From: Alphaproteobacteria bacterium
Lineage (GTDB): Bacteria; Pseudomonadota; Alphaproteobacteria; UBA828
Length of the DNA stretch: 64,000 nucleotides
Assembly: GCA_963422645.2 (NCBI GenBank)
Contig: CAXXVO010000014.1
Coordinates: forward strand, 192,001-256,000
Direction of reading: 5' to 3'
Below, one piece after another: positions 32,955 through 43,831 of this stretch. Each line of letters begins with the position of its first letter. The first letter of the stretch is position 1. The notes beneath the pieces were generated by a model, which was given only the letters and a program-made list of their open reading frames with translations, was not told the DNA's origin and made no database searches. Both the position numbers and the translations under genes were made by a program.

Positions 32955-33356
32955 ATGGCCGACACCCTGCAGTTCGAACTCGTCGCGCCGGAGCGGCTGA
33001 TCTTCTCCGGCGACGTCGAGATGGTGGTGGTGCCGGGCGCCGAGGGCGACTTCGGCGTGCTGCCGGGCCATTCGCTGCTGCTCTCCACGCTCAGGCCCGG
33101 GGTGATCGAGATCTACGAGAACGAGAAGCCGAAGGACCGCTACGTGGTCGCCGAAGGCTTCGCAGAGGTGACCGGCGAGCGCTGCACGGTGCTCTCCACC
33201 GAGGCCTTCGAGGCCGGCGCCATCGACCGCGCCCAGGCCGAGGCGCGTCTCGAGCAGGCGCAACTCAGGTTGCGCGATGCCGAGGGCGACGAGGACCGCG
33301 CGAAGTTCGAGCGCGAGGTCGAGCTCGCGGAGCTTCTGGCCGCCAACGCCGGCTAA
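32955..33356 (+). CDS. atpC: F1 ATP synthase epsilon subunit
   Basis: FELVAPER, GDFGVLPGH. Confidence 0.96.
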   Translation: MADTLQFELVAPERLIFSGDVEMVVVPGAEGDFGVLPGHSLLLSTLRPGVIEIYENEKPKDRYVVAEGFAEVTGERCTVLSTEAFEAGAIDRAQAEARLEQAQLRLRDAEGDEDRAKFEREVELAELLAANAG

Positions 33357-33589
33357 GCCGCCCCAGGCGCGCCCAAGAAGGCGGGCGATTAGGGGCATCG
33401 GCCAGCGCGGAAGCTGGGCCTTTCAAGACGAACCGAATTTCGCGCAACGCCCTGTTTTGCAGAATTGAATTGTATGATTTACCGGTTCTGACTTGCGGCG
33501 CGGAGGGGCCGGTCGCAGGCCGGCCACCGTGGGCGTCGGAATGCGAGACCGTTTCCGTGTGAACCGGAAAGGGTCCAGGAGATTGAGCC

Positions 33590-34492
33590 ATGCCCAGGAA
33601 GGTTTCGATCGCGGCGTGTCAGTTCGTTGTCAGGCCCGTCGGCAGCTTCGACGAATTTGCCGCTCACGCACGCGGGCTGCTGGATGGGGCAGAGGGTGCC
33701 GACCTGGTCCTGTTCCCGGAGCTCTTCACCATCGAGCTGTTCACGACCTTTCCCGACTGGAAGGATTTGCCGGTTTCCGAGCTGACCCGCATTCATGAAC
33801 ATGGGAACACCAGTTACACCGAAGACTATCGCCGGCTCTTCGAAAGCGAGGCCAGGAAGCGCGGGCAGCACATCGTCGCCGGCTCTCATCTGGAAAAGAG
33901 GGAGGGCAGATATCTCAACGTCGCCTATCTCTACGGCCCCGACGGGCTCGTTCACAGCCACGAGAAGACGCATATCTTTCCGGCTGAAGCGCAGTGGTCG
34001 ACCGAGGAGGGCGATACGATCGAAATGGTCGAACTTCCCTTCGCCAAGGTCGGATTCAACGTGTGTTACGAAGCCGAGATTCCGGAGTGCGCCGCGAGCC
34101 TTGCCGAGCAGGGCGCCGAAATCATCCTGTGCCCGTCTCTCACCTTCACGGAACAGGGCTTCTGGCGCGTCCGCCACTGTGCCCAGGCGCGCGCGATCGA
34201 GAACCAGGTGTACGTCGTCCACTGCGGCGGGAGTGCCGCGCTCCCGCCTGGCGGGCCTCTGCCGTCTCCCTGGGGGCGGAGCTCGATTCTGAGCCCCTGC
34301 GACGCGCCGTGGGATGCCCCGAACGGCATCATCGCGGAAGCGCCGGAGCCCAACATCGAAACCGTGGTGCGCGGCGAGGTCGACCTCGACAAGATCCACG
34401 AGAATCGCGAGAAGGGCGCCGCACCCACCTTCCGCGACCGCCGCCGGCGCGCGGACCTCTACGGGCATTGGCCCAGCCACACCAACGCATAG
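33590..34492 (+). CDS. Carbon-nitrogen hydrolase (nitrilase superfamily)
   Basis: LFPE, HEKTH and VCYEAEIPE (Glu-Lys-Cys triad). Confidence 0.9.
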   Translation: MPRKVSIAACQFVVRPVGSFDEFAAHARGLLDGAEGADLVLFPELFTIELFTTFPDWKDLPVSELTRIHEHGNTSYTEDYRRLFESEARKRGQHIVAGSHLEKREGRYLNVAYLYGPDGLVHSHEKTHIFPAEAQWSTEEGDTIEMVELPFAKVGFNVCYEAEIPECAASLAEQGAEIILCPSLTFTEQGFWRVRHCAQARAIENQVYVVHCGGSAALPPGGPLPSPWGRSSILSPCDAPWDAPNGIIAEAPEPNIETVVRGEVDLDKIHENREKGAAPTFRDRRRRADLYGHWPSHTNA

Positions 34493-34734
34493 CTGCGTCC
34501 GCATGCGGAGCGGTCGGGCTCGCCGAGCCGCCAGCCGCCAGTGCCGGCTGGGCTGGCCGCCTCCGACCCCAGAGCCTCCGCGGCAAGCGCACACTGCGCC
34601 AAAGACATCCTTGAAAAGTTGTAACTGCCCAGGTCGTCTGATTTGTCATTTTGGGCCAGTGGATTGAGGCGTTTCTCGTTCGGAGTTGGTGGAAAGGGCT
34701 TGACGGGAATTTCGGGAAATGACTCAACAACGAC

Positions 34735-36231
34735 ATGAGCAATCCCGAGTCGCCGCGCGGCCCTTCGACGGGAGCAGCGCCCGAAACGCCCGCGCAGAAG
34801 ATCGCCCGCCTGGAGGAGGAGAACGCCCGGCTTCGGGAGGAAAATGCCTGGCTTCGGCAGCAGAACGCGCGGCTGGAAGAGCAAGTCGCGCGTCTCGTCG
34901 AGCGCATCGAGGAGTTGGAGCGCCGTCTCGGCCTCAACAGCGGCAAGCCGCCTTCGAGCGATGGGCTGAGGAAGCCGAATTCGAAGCGGCGAACCCGAAG
35001 CCTGCGCGGCAAATCGGGCCGCAAGCCCGGTGGCCAGCCCGGCCACAAGGGCAAGACGCTGCGCCGCGCCGATCACCCGGATCGGGTGAAGGATCACGTC
35101 CCGGCTTCCTGCAAGGGATGCGGTTCGCCGCTTTCGGACGCGGCCAGGGCGGGAACGCCCGTCGCCCGCCAGGTGTTCGATCTGCCCGAGCCGAGCCCCC
35201 TGGAGGTGACCGAGCACCGGGCGCATGCCAAGTGCTGCGGGCATTGCGGGACGATGACCCGGGCGGCGTTCCCCGACGGGGTGTCGGCGCCGGTGCAGTA
35301 CGGCCCGCGCATTGCCGGGGTGGCGGTCTACCTTCAGCACGCTCACTTCCTGCCGGAGGATCGGCTGTCGCAGGTGATGGCCGAGCTCTTCGGCGCGCCG
35401 GTGACGGCTGCGACGTTGGCGACGATGAGCGAGAGGGCGGCCGAGCGGCTGCGGGACGCGGCCTTGCACATACAGGACCTGGCGGCGGGCACGGCGCGGG
35501 TGAAACACATGGACGAGACCGGCTTGCGGATCGGCGGTCAGACGCAGTGGCTTCATGTGATCTGCACGCCGCTGCTGGCGGCGTACCGGGTCAGCGGCAA
35601 GCGCGGCGCCCTGCTCTCGGGTGTCTCCGGCATCGTCGTGCACGATCACTGGAAGCCGTACTTCGCGATGGAAGGGGTGGAGCACGGCCTGTGCAACGCC
35701 CATCACCTGCGGGAGTTGCAGGCGCTGGTGGACATCGAAGGGGAGGCTTGGGCCCGGCGGATGCAGCAGCTCCTGCGCCGAGCCAATCGCGCCGCCCGCA
35801 TCGCGCTGGACAAGGATATCGCCGTTCCGGCGAGGCTTGTGGCGCTGATCGAGCGCCGATACGACGAGATCATCGCCGATGCGCTGGCCTTTCACGAGAG
35901 CCAACCACCGTTCTCGCCTGGCAAGAGGAAGAAGCGCCGGAAGCGAAGGATCGGTCACAATCTGGCCTTGAGGCTGCGCGACCACAAATGCGCGGTGCTC
36001 CGGTTCCTGATCGACCTCGAGGTCGGGTTCACGAACAACGAGGCCGAGCGCGACCTTCGGATGATGAAGCTGCGCCAGAAGATCTCCGGGGGCTTCCGGT
36101 CCGCGCAGGGGGCCGAGAACTTCGCCATCCTGCGCAGCGTCATCACCACCGCCAGAAAGCAGGGCTGGAATATCATCGAAGCCCTGACCAGCCCATCGGA
36201 TCGGCTCATCGCCACCGTCAAGTGCGCGTAA
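34735..36231 (+). CDS. IS66 family transposase (498 aa, no TnpA/TnpB)
   Basis: KPPSSDG, HMDETG, VHDH, CNAHHLREL, TNNEAERDLR. Confidence 0.95.
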   Translation: MSNPESPRGPSTGAAPETPAQKIARLEEENARLREENAWLRQQNARLEEQVARLVERIEELERRLGLNSGKPPSSDGLRKPNSKRRTRSLRGKSGRKPGGQPGHKGKTLRRADHPDRVKDHVPASCKGCGSPLSDAARAGTPVARQVFDLPEPSPLEVTEHRAHAKCCGHCGTMTRAAFPDGVSAPVQYGPRIAGVAVYLQHAHFLPEDRLSQVMAELFGAPVTAATLATMSERAAERLRDAALHIQDLAAGTARVKHMDETGLRIGGQTQWLHVICTPLLAAYRVSGKRGALLSGVSGIVVHDHWKPYFAMEGVEHGLCNAHHLRELQALVDIEGEAWARRMQQLLRRANRAARIALDKDIAVPARLVALIERRYDEIIADALAFHESQPPFSPGKRKKRRKRRIGHNLALRLRDHKCAVLRFLIDLEVGFTNNEAERDLRMMKLRQKISGGFRSAQGAENFAILRSVITTARKQGWNIIEALTSPSDRLIATVKCA

Positions 36232-36286
36232 GCTCACCTGGCACGGGTTCTCCAACAGCGGAGCCATTCTCATAAACGATCATGGT

Positions 36287-36440
36287 CGACGCCGTGCTGG
36301 ACCACCCCATAGAATGAAAATCGGTGCCCGTCGCGCGGGCGGACTTCGGGCCACATCGGGGTAGCTTACCGGTCGCAGTCCGCAAGAGGGGCATCGTGAG
36401 CTGTGAAACCCGGCGACCCCAGAGGAGCACACGGGCGTCG
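36287..36440 (+). ncRNA. Candidate structured RNA/DNA in the IS66-A 3' tail
   Basis: Nested complementary segments and a C(TTCG)G loop; second copy at 43344-43497. Confidence 0.3.
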
Positions 36441-36666
36441 CGTGGGTAGCGTTGTGCCGAATCCCAGAGAATTTTCACAGCAAGAACCTGGGCGGTTACG
36501 AAAAGTTCCAGGCAGCTTGGTACTTGGCAGAAAAATGCGCGTCGAATACCTTGCCCAATGAACAGCCCCGATGTTTCCCGTCTCAGTTGTCCTGAGCCAG
36601 GACAGGCGGCGGACAAAGCGCGATCCAAGGGCTGAGATCGATGCCCGCACCTTTGAGGTCGGTCCC

Positions 36667-37125
36667 ATGCAGATGACGAAGTACAGCGACTATTCGTTGA
36701 GGGCCCTCATCTACCTGGGCCTCAACCGCCACCGGCGCTGCACGATCCGGGAAATCGCCGAAGCCTATGGCATTTCAGAGAACCACCTGATGAAGCTGAT
36801 CCATCAGCTGGGCCAGGAGGGCTACATCACGACCACCCGGGGCAAGAACGGCGGCCTGGAGCTCGCGATGCCGGCGAGCGAGATCAATCTGGGCGAGGTC
36901 TTTCGGGCAACCGAAGGGAACTTCCAACTGGTCGAGTGCTTCGCAGGACAGCAAAAGAACACGTGCCCGATTGCCGGACCGTGTCGGTTGACCGGTGTCC
37001 TGGAGACAGCCCTGCAGGCCTTTCTCGAGGTTCTGGACCAGTACACGCTCGAAGACATGCTGACGCCGGCGCCGGCGTTTCGGCGCATATTCGCTGCGCG
37101 GGAAGAGGGCAGGCTGCTGTCGTAG
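36667..37125 (+). CDS. nsrR: Rrf2-family NO-responsive regulator
   Basis: YSDYSLRALIYL, SENHLMK, RGKNGG, VECF..TCPI..CRL (three Cys); next to nirK. Confidence 0.85.
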   Translation: MQMTKYSDYSLRALIYLGLNRHRRCTIREIAEAYGISENHLMKLIHQLGQEGYITTTRGKNGGLELAMPASEINLGEVFRATEGNFQLVECFAGQQKNTCPIAGPCRLTGVLETALQAFLEVLDQYTLEDMLTPAPAFRRIFAAREEGRLLS

Positions 37126-37133
37126 GGAGCGCG

Positions 37134-37985
37134 CTACGCTTCCCGCACCACGCGGAAGCCGAAGTTGGCAGGCATGGGCTTCACCGAACAACCGCCGGTG
37201 GAGGTGTCGCGAACGAAGGTCGGCATGTAGCTTGTGTGCTCGCCGCGCAGGACCCTGATGCCGCAGTTCTCCCTGGAAACCGGGCCGTCATCGGTCCGGT
37301 AGGTCTGCTGCCAGCAGCCGTCGGTCCATTCCCAGACGTTGCCCTTGGTATCGACCACGCCGAACCCGTTGCTTTCGTAGGACGCCACCGGCTTCGTCTT
37401 GGCCGTTCCCCGGTAGGCCAGCAGGAAATCCTCCGCCCAGGCCAAGTCCTCGTCCCCGAAGTAGGAGGGCGGCTCGACCGGCTCCGGCGAACCCGCGCGC
37501 GCCGCGTATTCCCATTCGTCCCCGGTCGGCAAGCGGTAACGCTCGCCAGTCGCCTGCGACAGCCACTCCAGGTACTGCGCGATGTCGTCCCAGCTCACGT
37601 CGATGACGGGGCGGTCCGCCCGCCCCCAGCCCTTGTCGTCCGGGCGGTGGTCGCAGCCGCCGGCCCGGTGGCAGTGATCCCATTGCTCGAAGGTGATCTC
37701 GAATTTGCCCATCAGGAAGGGCCGCTCGAAGACGACGCGGCGGGGCTCCGCTTCTTCCATCCCTGCGGACCGGCGGTCGGAATCGCCGACCGCCATCTCA
37801 CCGGCCGGGATGAGGACGAGCTCCGGCAAGAATTTCCCGGGAACCGAGGGGCTGGCGGCTTCGGAGCCAGCCGAGCCGGCGCCGAAGAAGAGCGACACGC
37901 CCAGAATCCCCGCCGCAAGACACGCGCCCGCGGCAACCTGGCCAGGCAGCAGCCTCATCCTTTTGAATTCCATCATGTGCTGCAC
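37134..37985 (-). CDS. nirV: NirV-like formylglycine-generating enzyme family protein
   Basis: RLPTGDEWEYAARAG, GNVWEW, GFRVVR; directly downstream of nirK. Confidence 0.8.
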   Translation of the reverse strand: MQHMMEFKRMRLLPGQVAAGACLAAGILGVSLFFGAGSAGSEAASPSVPGKFLPELVLIPAGEMAVGDSDRRSAGMEEAEPRRVVFERPFLMGKFEITFEQWDHCHRAGGCDHRPDDKGWGRADRPVIDVSWDDIAQYLEWLSQATGERYRLPTGDEWEYAARAGSPEPVEPPSYFGDEDLAWAEDFLLAYRGTAKTKPVASYESNGFGVVDTKGNVWEWTDGCWQQTYRTDDGPVSRENCGIRVLRGEHTSYMPTFVRDTSTGGCSVKPMPANFGFRVVREA

Positions 37986-38013
37986 CCTCCCTCTCGATCG
38001 CGTTGGGCGAGGC

Positions 38014-38046
38014 AGGGGCTGCTCCCGGCAAGCGGGAGCAGCCCCT
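38014..38046 (-). terminator. 14-bp perfect hairpin between nirK and nirV (mRNA stabiliser or attenuator)
   Basis: AGGGGCTGCTCCCG-gcaag-CGGGAGCAGCCCCT. Confidence 0.6.
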
Positions 38047-39150
38047 CTATTGCGGCGCCTAAGCCGTCATGATGGTCGGCGGTTGAACCTGTGTCATCAG
38101 GTTGTGGTCCCATTCGCCCTCCACGACGACGATGGCCAGCGCACCGAGCTCCACGGCCTCGATCAGGTTGTGCGACAGATACACGTAGGCGCCGCCCGGC
38201 TGGCGGAAGGTATAGAGCGCCGCACCGGCGGAGCCACCGCGGATGAACCAGGTCTCCAGCCCTTCCAGCGGCGGGTCGGAGAAGGAGCCCTCCTCCCAGA
38301 CATAGTCGCCGTGGCCGCCGATCAGGTGCGGCCTGGAATCGCGGTTGGCCTGGGAGTGGATGAAGAGCACGGACTCGCCGACATTGGCGGTCATCGCGTT
38401 GTCCCCGGTAAGCGCCCCGGCCGCGCCATTGAACACGACATGGCTTGGCGTGAGCGTGTGCATCACGTCGAAGACGTCCGCCATCGCATCCGCGTGCTCT
38501 TCGTACTCCAGGAAGTTGCCCTCGGCGTCGCGCGGCACGTAGAAGTCCTGCTCGCCGACATAATAGGCCCGGTCGTAGCGGAGCGGATTGCCGTGGCGGT
38601 CCTTGAGGCCGTCTCGCGGCAGCACCATCACGGCGCCATTCATGCCGGAGACGACGTGATAGGGGATCATCGAGCCACCCGGCGCGCAGTGGTAGATGTA
38701 GGTGCCGGGCTTGGTCGCCTTAAAGCGCAGCATGACCTGCTCGCCCGGCTGGACATGCGTGAGCGCGCCGCCTCCGAGCGCGCCCGTCGACGCGTGGAAG
38801 TCGATGTTGTGCTCGAAGATGTTGCTCGCCGGATTCTTGAGCGTGAGTTCGATGTAGTCGCCCTCGTGGCAGATCATCAGCGGCCCCGGAATCGAGCCGT
38901 TGAACGACAGCGTGTTGTACATGGTGCCGTCGCCGTCGATTACGCGCTTGTCCTCGACGGGGCTGAGTTCCACCTCGATGATCTTGGGGCCGTCGGTGGC
39001 GACCTGCTCGTGCGCCGGCACAAAGGGGGGCGCCACGAGCTCCTGCTTGACCCGCGGCAGGCTGCTGACATCCGCCTCGCTGGCCGAGGCCACCATTACG
39101 GGAGACATCGCCGATGCGGCTCCCAACGCGCCTCCGACCTTGAGAAAATC

Positions 39151-42100
39151 GTAACTGCCCAGGTCGTCTGATTTGTCATTTTGGGCCAGTGGATTGAGGC
39201 GTTTCTCGTTCGGAGTTGGTGGAAAGGGCTTGACGGGAATTTCGGGAAATGACTCAACAACGACATGAGCAATCCCGAGTCGCCGCGCGGCCCTTCGACG
39301 GGAGCAGCGCCCGAAACGCCCGCGCAGAAGATCGCCCGCCTGGAGGAGGAGAACGCCCGGCTTCGGGAGGAAAATGCCTGGCTTCGGCAGCAGAACGCGC
39401 GGCTGGAAGAGCAAGTCGCGCGTCTCGTCGAGCGCATCGAGGAGTTGGAGCGCCGTCTCGGCCTCAACAGCGGCAACAGCGGCAAGCCGCCTTCGAGCGA
39501 TGGGCTGAGGAAGCCGAATTCGAAGCGGCGAACCCGAAGCCTGCGCGGCAAATCGGGCCGCAAGCCCGGTGGCCAGCCCGGCCACAAGGGCAAGACGCTG
39601 CGCCGCGCCGATCACCCGGATCGGGTGAAGGATCACGTCCCGGCTTCCTGCAAGGGATGCGGTTCGCCGCTTTCGGACGCGGCCAGGGCGGGAACGCCCG
39701 TCGCCCGCCAGGTGTTCGATCTGCCCGAGCCGAGCCCCCTGGAGGTGACCGAGCACCGGGCGCATGCCAAGTGCTGCGGGCATTGCGGGACGGTGACCCG
39801 GGCGGCGTTCCCCGACGGGGTGTCGGCGCCGGTGCAGTACGGCCCGCGCATTGCCGGGGTGGCGGTCTACCTTCAGCACGCTCACTTCCTGCCGGAGGAT
39901 CGGCTGTCGCAGGTGATGGCCGAGCTCTTCGGCGCGCCGGTGACGGCTGCGACGTTGGCGACGATGAGCGAGAGGGCGGCCGAGCGGCTTGCGGGACGCG
40001 GCCTTGCACATACAGGACCTGGCGGCGGGCACGGCGCGGGTGAAACACATGGACGAGACCGGCTTGCGGATCGGCGGTCAGACGCAGTGGCTTCATGTGA
40101 TCTGCACGCCGCTGCTGGCGGCGTACCGGGTCAGCGGCAAGCGCGGCGCCCTGCTCTCGGGTGTCTCCGGCATCGTCGTGCACGATCACTGGAAGCCGTA
40201 CTTCGCGATGGAAGGGGTGGAGCACGGCCTGTGCAACGCCCATCACCTGCGGGAGTTGCAGGCGCTGGTGGACATCGAAGGGGAGGCTTGGGCCCGGCGG
40301 ATGCAGCAGCTCCTGCGCCGAGCCAATCGCGCCGCCCGCATCGCGCTGGACAAGGATATCGCCGTTCCGGCGAGGCTTGTGGCGCTGATCGAGCGCCGAT
40401 ACGACGAGATCATCGCCGATGCGCTGGCCTTTCACGAGAGCCAACCACCGTTCTCGCCTGGCAAGAGGAAGAAGCGCCGGAAGCGAAGGATCGGTCACAA
40501 TCTGGCCTTGAGGCTGCGCGACCACAAATGCGCGGTGCTCCGGTTCCTGATCGACCTCGAGGTCGGGTTCACGAACAACGAGGCCGAGCGCGACCTTCGG
40601 ATGATGAAGCTGCGCCAGAAGATCTCCGGGGGCTTCCGGTCCGCGCAGGGGGCCGAGAACTTCGCCATCCTGCGCAGCGTCATCACCACCGCCAGAAAGC
40701 AGGGCTGGAATATCATCGAAGCCCTGACCAGCCCATCGGATCGGCTCATCGCCACCGTCAAGTGCGCGTAAGCTCAGACTTCCTGACCTCTGCTGATTTT
40801 AGGTGACACGAGCCGCGCGGATTCCGAGGCCCCGTCGATGTCGTAGACTATGCGCAGACGGGTGCCGGGGAAGACCGTTTCGGTGGCGTTCAGGTCGCTC
40901 AGAACCGCATCGATCCAACGGTCGCAGGCGTCGTTTGCGAGGCCAAGAATGTGGACCCGCAGGAGGCCATTGCCAGGATCCGGCAGGATGTCGGCATCGG
41001 CGGTGAGCAGCGCTTGAAGCAGTTTCCGGGGATGGGGCTTGTGGCCCTGCGCCTGCATGACGGGAAGCATCATGCGGGTTTCGGCGCGGTAGGCGATCAT
41101 CCGGATGACGTCGAGGAGGAGGCGCTCGCGCGCGGGCAAGGCATCGAGCTGCTCGGCTTCGTCGAGGTCGCCGGCCCGGCAGTGCTTGGGCGTCTCCCTG
41201 CGGCTGGCCCTGACGATGTCGCGGACATCCTGGAGGTCCCTGACTTCCCTCCTGAGTTCCGCCGTCGGCTGCTTCTTCCGGGCCGTGTCGGCGATGCGGT
41301 TGCGCAGGCGGCCAAGCTGGCGGTCGAGGCGATGGATTGCCTTGTCATAGGCCCGCCGCAGCGGGTTGACGACCATGGCGGCGGGATCGAGAGGCTCGAG
41401 CTCGTGGGTCGGCAGGGCGTCGAGATTGAACTCGTCACGCATGTACTTGAAGAAGTTCTCCTGCGACCAGCGCGAGAACATGGCGCCCGCAACCTCAGCC
41501 ATCGGCTTGTGCGGATCGGTGGTGATCAGCGGCACCTGACGGCCGTTGTCGAGCAGGCGGCGGATCTGGCGCACCCTGAAGCCGTTCGGCAACGTCACCG
41601 GCTTCTCAGCCAGCCGCATGGTGGCGCTGCCGTCCGCCGCCGGTCCGTGAATGGGAACGGTCATCGCGCCGAAGTCCTCGGCCGGCCAGTCCTCGCCCCT
41701 GAAGTTCTTGTGCCAGGTCAGGCAGGCGACGCCGCGCCTCGCCAGCCGGCGGAACAGATCCGGGCTCCAGCCCTCGCGGTCGAAGACCAGGGTGAGCGCC
41801 GGCTGGCCGGGATGCTCGGCGGTCAGGTCCGGCGCCCCGGCGCCAACGATCCCAAGCTCCTGCAGCGCCGGCACCACGTCGGCTTCGATGGCCGCGACCA
41901 TCTTCGGGTCCAGCGGCTTGTGCAGACAGAGCAGCGGCTTGCCGCCCAGAGCGTTGATCCAGTAGCTGGCGCTCGCCGGCAGGCACAGCTTCTCGCGCGA
42001 GACGAAGTGCTTGGGCAAGCGCCCCTTGCGGCCGGAGTAGACCTTGACGTGCCCGTCGATGGCCAGCGTCGCCCAGAGCTCCGGCTCGTCGGCCTTGCCA

Positions 42101-43556
42101 GCGCCTGGCAAGGGCGAGCTGCCACGCCCGCACGCCGGCCTCGTCGTCGGCGATGAGAGCGATCTTGCGGCGCAGCGTCTTGACCTCGGGGCAGCGATCG
42201 AGGCCGAGAATGGCGCCCCATTCGCCCGGCGCCTGGTAGCGCAGGCTCTCGGGGTTGCGCACCCGCGCCAAGGTCATGAAGGCCAGGAAGAGCAGGATCG
42301 TAGGCAAGCCGTAATAGCCCTTCGGCAGCAATGGCAGGAGACCGGTCTCGGAGAGAAGACCTTCCTTCAGCAGGGCCGGCAGGGCGGCGAGCACGCCGCC
42401 GAAGCGGACACCGCGGGCGGCGGCGGCGAACTGCGGTTCGACCGGCCCCGCCTGTCCACAACTGGCCAGAACCCGAGCCGGAACATCGCAAGTCGCACGC
42501 CCCATCGGCGCCTGCCGGTCCCGCCGATCGCGCGCGCTGCGATCCGTTTGCGGCTGCGCTTCCAGCCCCGGCGCCGTCTCCGGCCCCGGGGCACCGGTAC
42601 TCTCTTCATCGACACGGCCTTCAGGAGCCGCACCCGCGTCAGGCGGCGCAGCCAGCGCTGAGCGTCCGGGCTCCCCATCCGCCTCCGTGTTGCCGATCAG
42701 TCCCTGACGGCGCCACTTGTTGACCGATGGCGCTGACACGCCGAGAACCCGGGCCGCCGCAGAGCCGCTCAGGCCCGATGCCAGCAACGCCGTCGCCTTC
42801 TCCGCCAACTCCGGAGTGAACACCGACGGCCCGCGACCGCGCCGGGGCTTCATGAACCCCGCTTCGCCCTCGGCCAGGTAGCGCCGTCGTGCGCGCTGCA
42901 CCGTCGCGCGCGAGACAGCGAAAGCGTCAGCCAGTTCCTGCGGCGAGACCGCGCTGATCGCCGCGAGGCGGCCGATCCGCAAGAGCATGGCCGTGCGGTC
43001 ATCGGCGGCGTGGCTGTCAAAGGGAATGAGGTTGGAAAAGTAGGTGAAGGTGTCGTCCGAGATCAGGACGGCGAAGCAGCTGTTGCCGATCGAGACCGCC
43101 TCTGGAGGGCACATTGGGAGGGTACTGGGCATGGTTGAGACCGTGCAATTGGTATCAAATTATAATATCAGACCTCGGGCGCGACACCCAGCGAAAAACC
43201 GCCTGAAACAACCGAAATGTATCAGAATTCAAGGGGTTCCCGGCACGCTGCCCAGAACAGCCAGCATCACGAGGTCAGGAAGTCTGAAGCTCACCTGGCA
43301 CGGGTTCTCCAACAGCGGAGCCATTCTCATAAACGATCATGGTCGACGCCGTGCTGGACCACCCCATAGAATGAAAATCGGTGCCCGTCGCGCGGGCGGA
43401 CTTCGGGCCACATCGGGGTAGCTTACCGGTCGCAGTCCGCAAGAGGGGCATCGTGAGCTGTGAAACCCGGCGACCCCAGAGGAGCACACGGGCGTCGCGT
43501 GGGTAGCGTTGTGCCGAATCCCAGAGAATTTTCACAGCAAGAACCTGGGCAGTTAC
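39151..43556 (+). mobile_element. IS66-A copy 3 with nested ISX (4406 bp)
   Basis: Both IRs present; 8-bp TSD AGAAAATC at 39143-39150 and 43557-43564; same frameshift as copy 1. Confidence 0.96.
40774..43287 (-). mobile_element. ISX copy 2 (2514 bp)
   Basis: Same TIR; AGC (or AAGCT) duplicated relative to the empty site in IS66-A copy 2. Confidence 0.92.
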
Positions 43557-43701
43557 AGAAAATCACGCCTGTTCACTTGCAGCATGGCTATTACCTCCTA
43601 ATCAGCTGTTGTCTCTTGGCTTGCCTTCGGTGCGCCCGCGCGCAGATCGGCTGAGCAGTTAGGGCATTCGACGATCCACGGAGACGAGCGCCGGGGCACT
43701 A

Positions 43702-43736
43702 AAGATGTATTTTGAATAAAGGTTCAGGGGCGTCAA
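43702..43736 (-). promoter_or_regulatory. nirK promoter with an overlapping NsrR-like operator
   Basis: AAGATGTATTT-T-GAATAAAGGTT (43702-43724) resembles the 11-1-11 NsrR box; TTGACG -35 at 43736-43731. Confidence 0.55.
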
Positions 43737-43831
43737 GCAAGATGTGAATTCGATTCCGTCCTTAGCGACATTCGGCCTGCCCGTGCTACTATGCGGGAAC
43801 CTTAGAATCGTCTTTATCCAGGAAGCGAGCC

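Larger units (their letters stand above)
34621..36499 (+). mobile_element. IS66-A copy 2, 1879 bp, open transposase ORF
   Basis: GTAAC..GTTAC IRs; 8-bp TSD GAAAAGTT at 34613-34620 and 36500-36507. Confidence 0.97.
38059..43585 (-). pseudogene. nirK: Copper-containing nitrite reductase interrupted in its Tat signal by IS66-A::ISX
   Basis: HNIDFH, YHCAPGG..YHVVSGM, HLIGGHG, SHNLIEA; ATG at 43585 with AGGAGG RBS; removing the IS gives MLQVNRRDFLKVGG. Confidence 0.93.

Noticed and set aside
36287-36440. Identification as SRP RNA, 6S RNA, twister or HDV ribozyme, or SAH riboswitch
   Set aside because: Only short partial resemblances; the diagnostic core motifs could not be found by eye.
38059-40050. 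663-aa ORF as a genuine NirK fusion protein
   Set aside because: Its N-terminal part is the antisense frame of the IS66 transposase; the true start is at 43585.
34621-43556. Composite transposon carrying nsrR-nirV-nirK
   Set aside because: Each IS66-A copy has its own separate TSD and one disrupts nirK, so they inserted independently.
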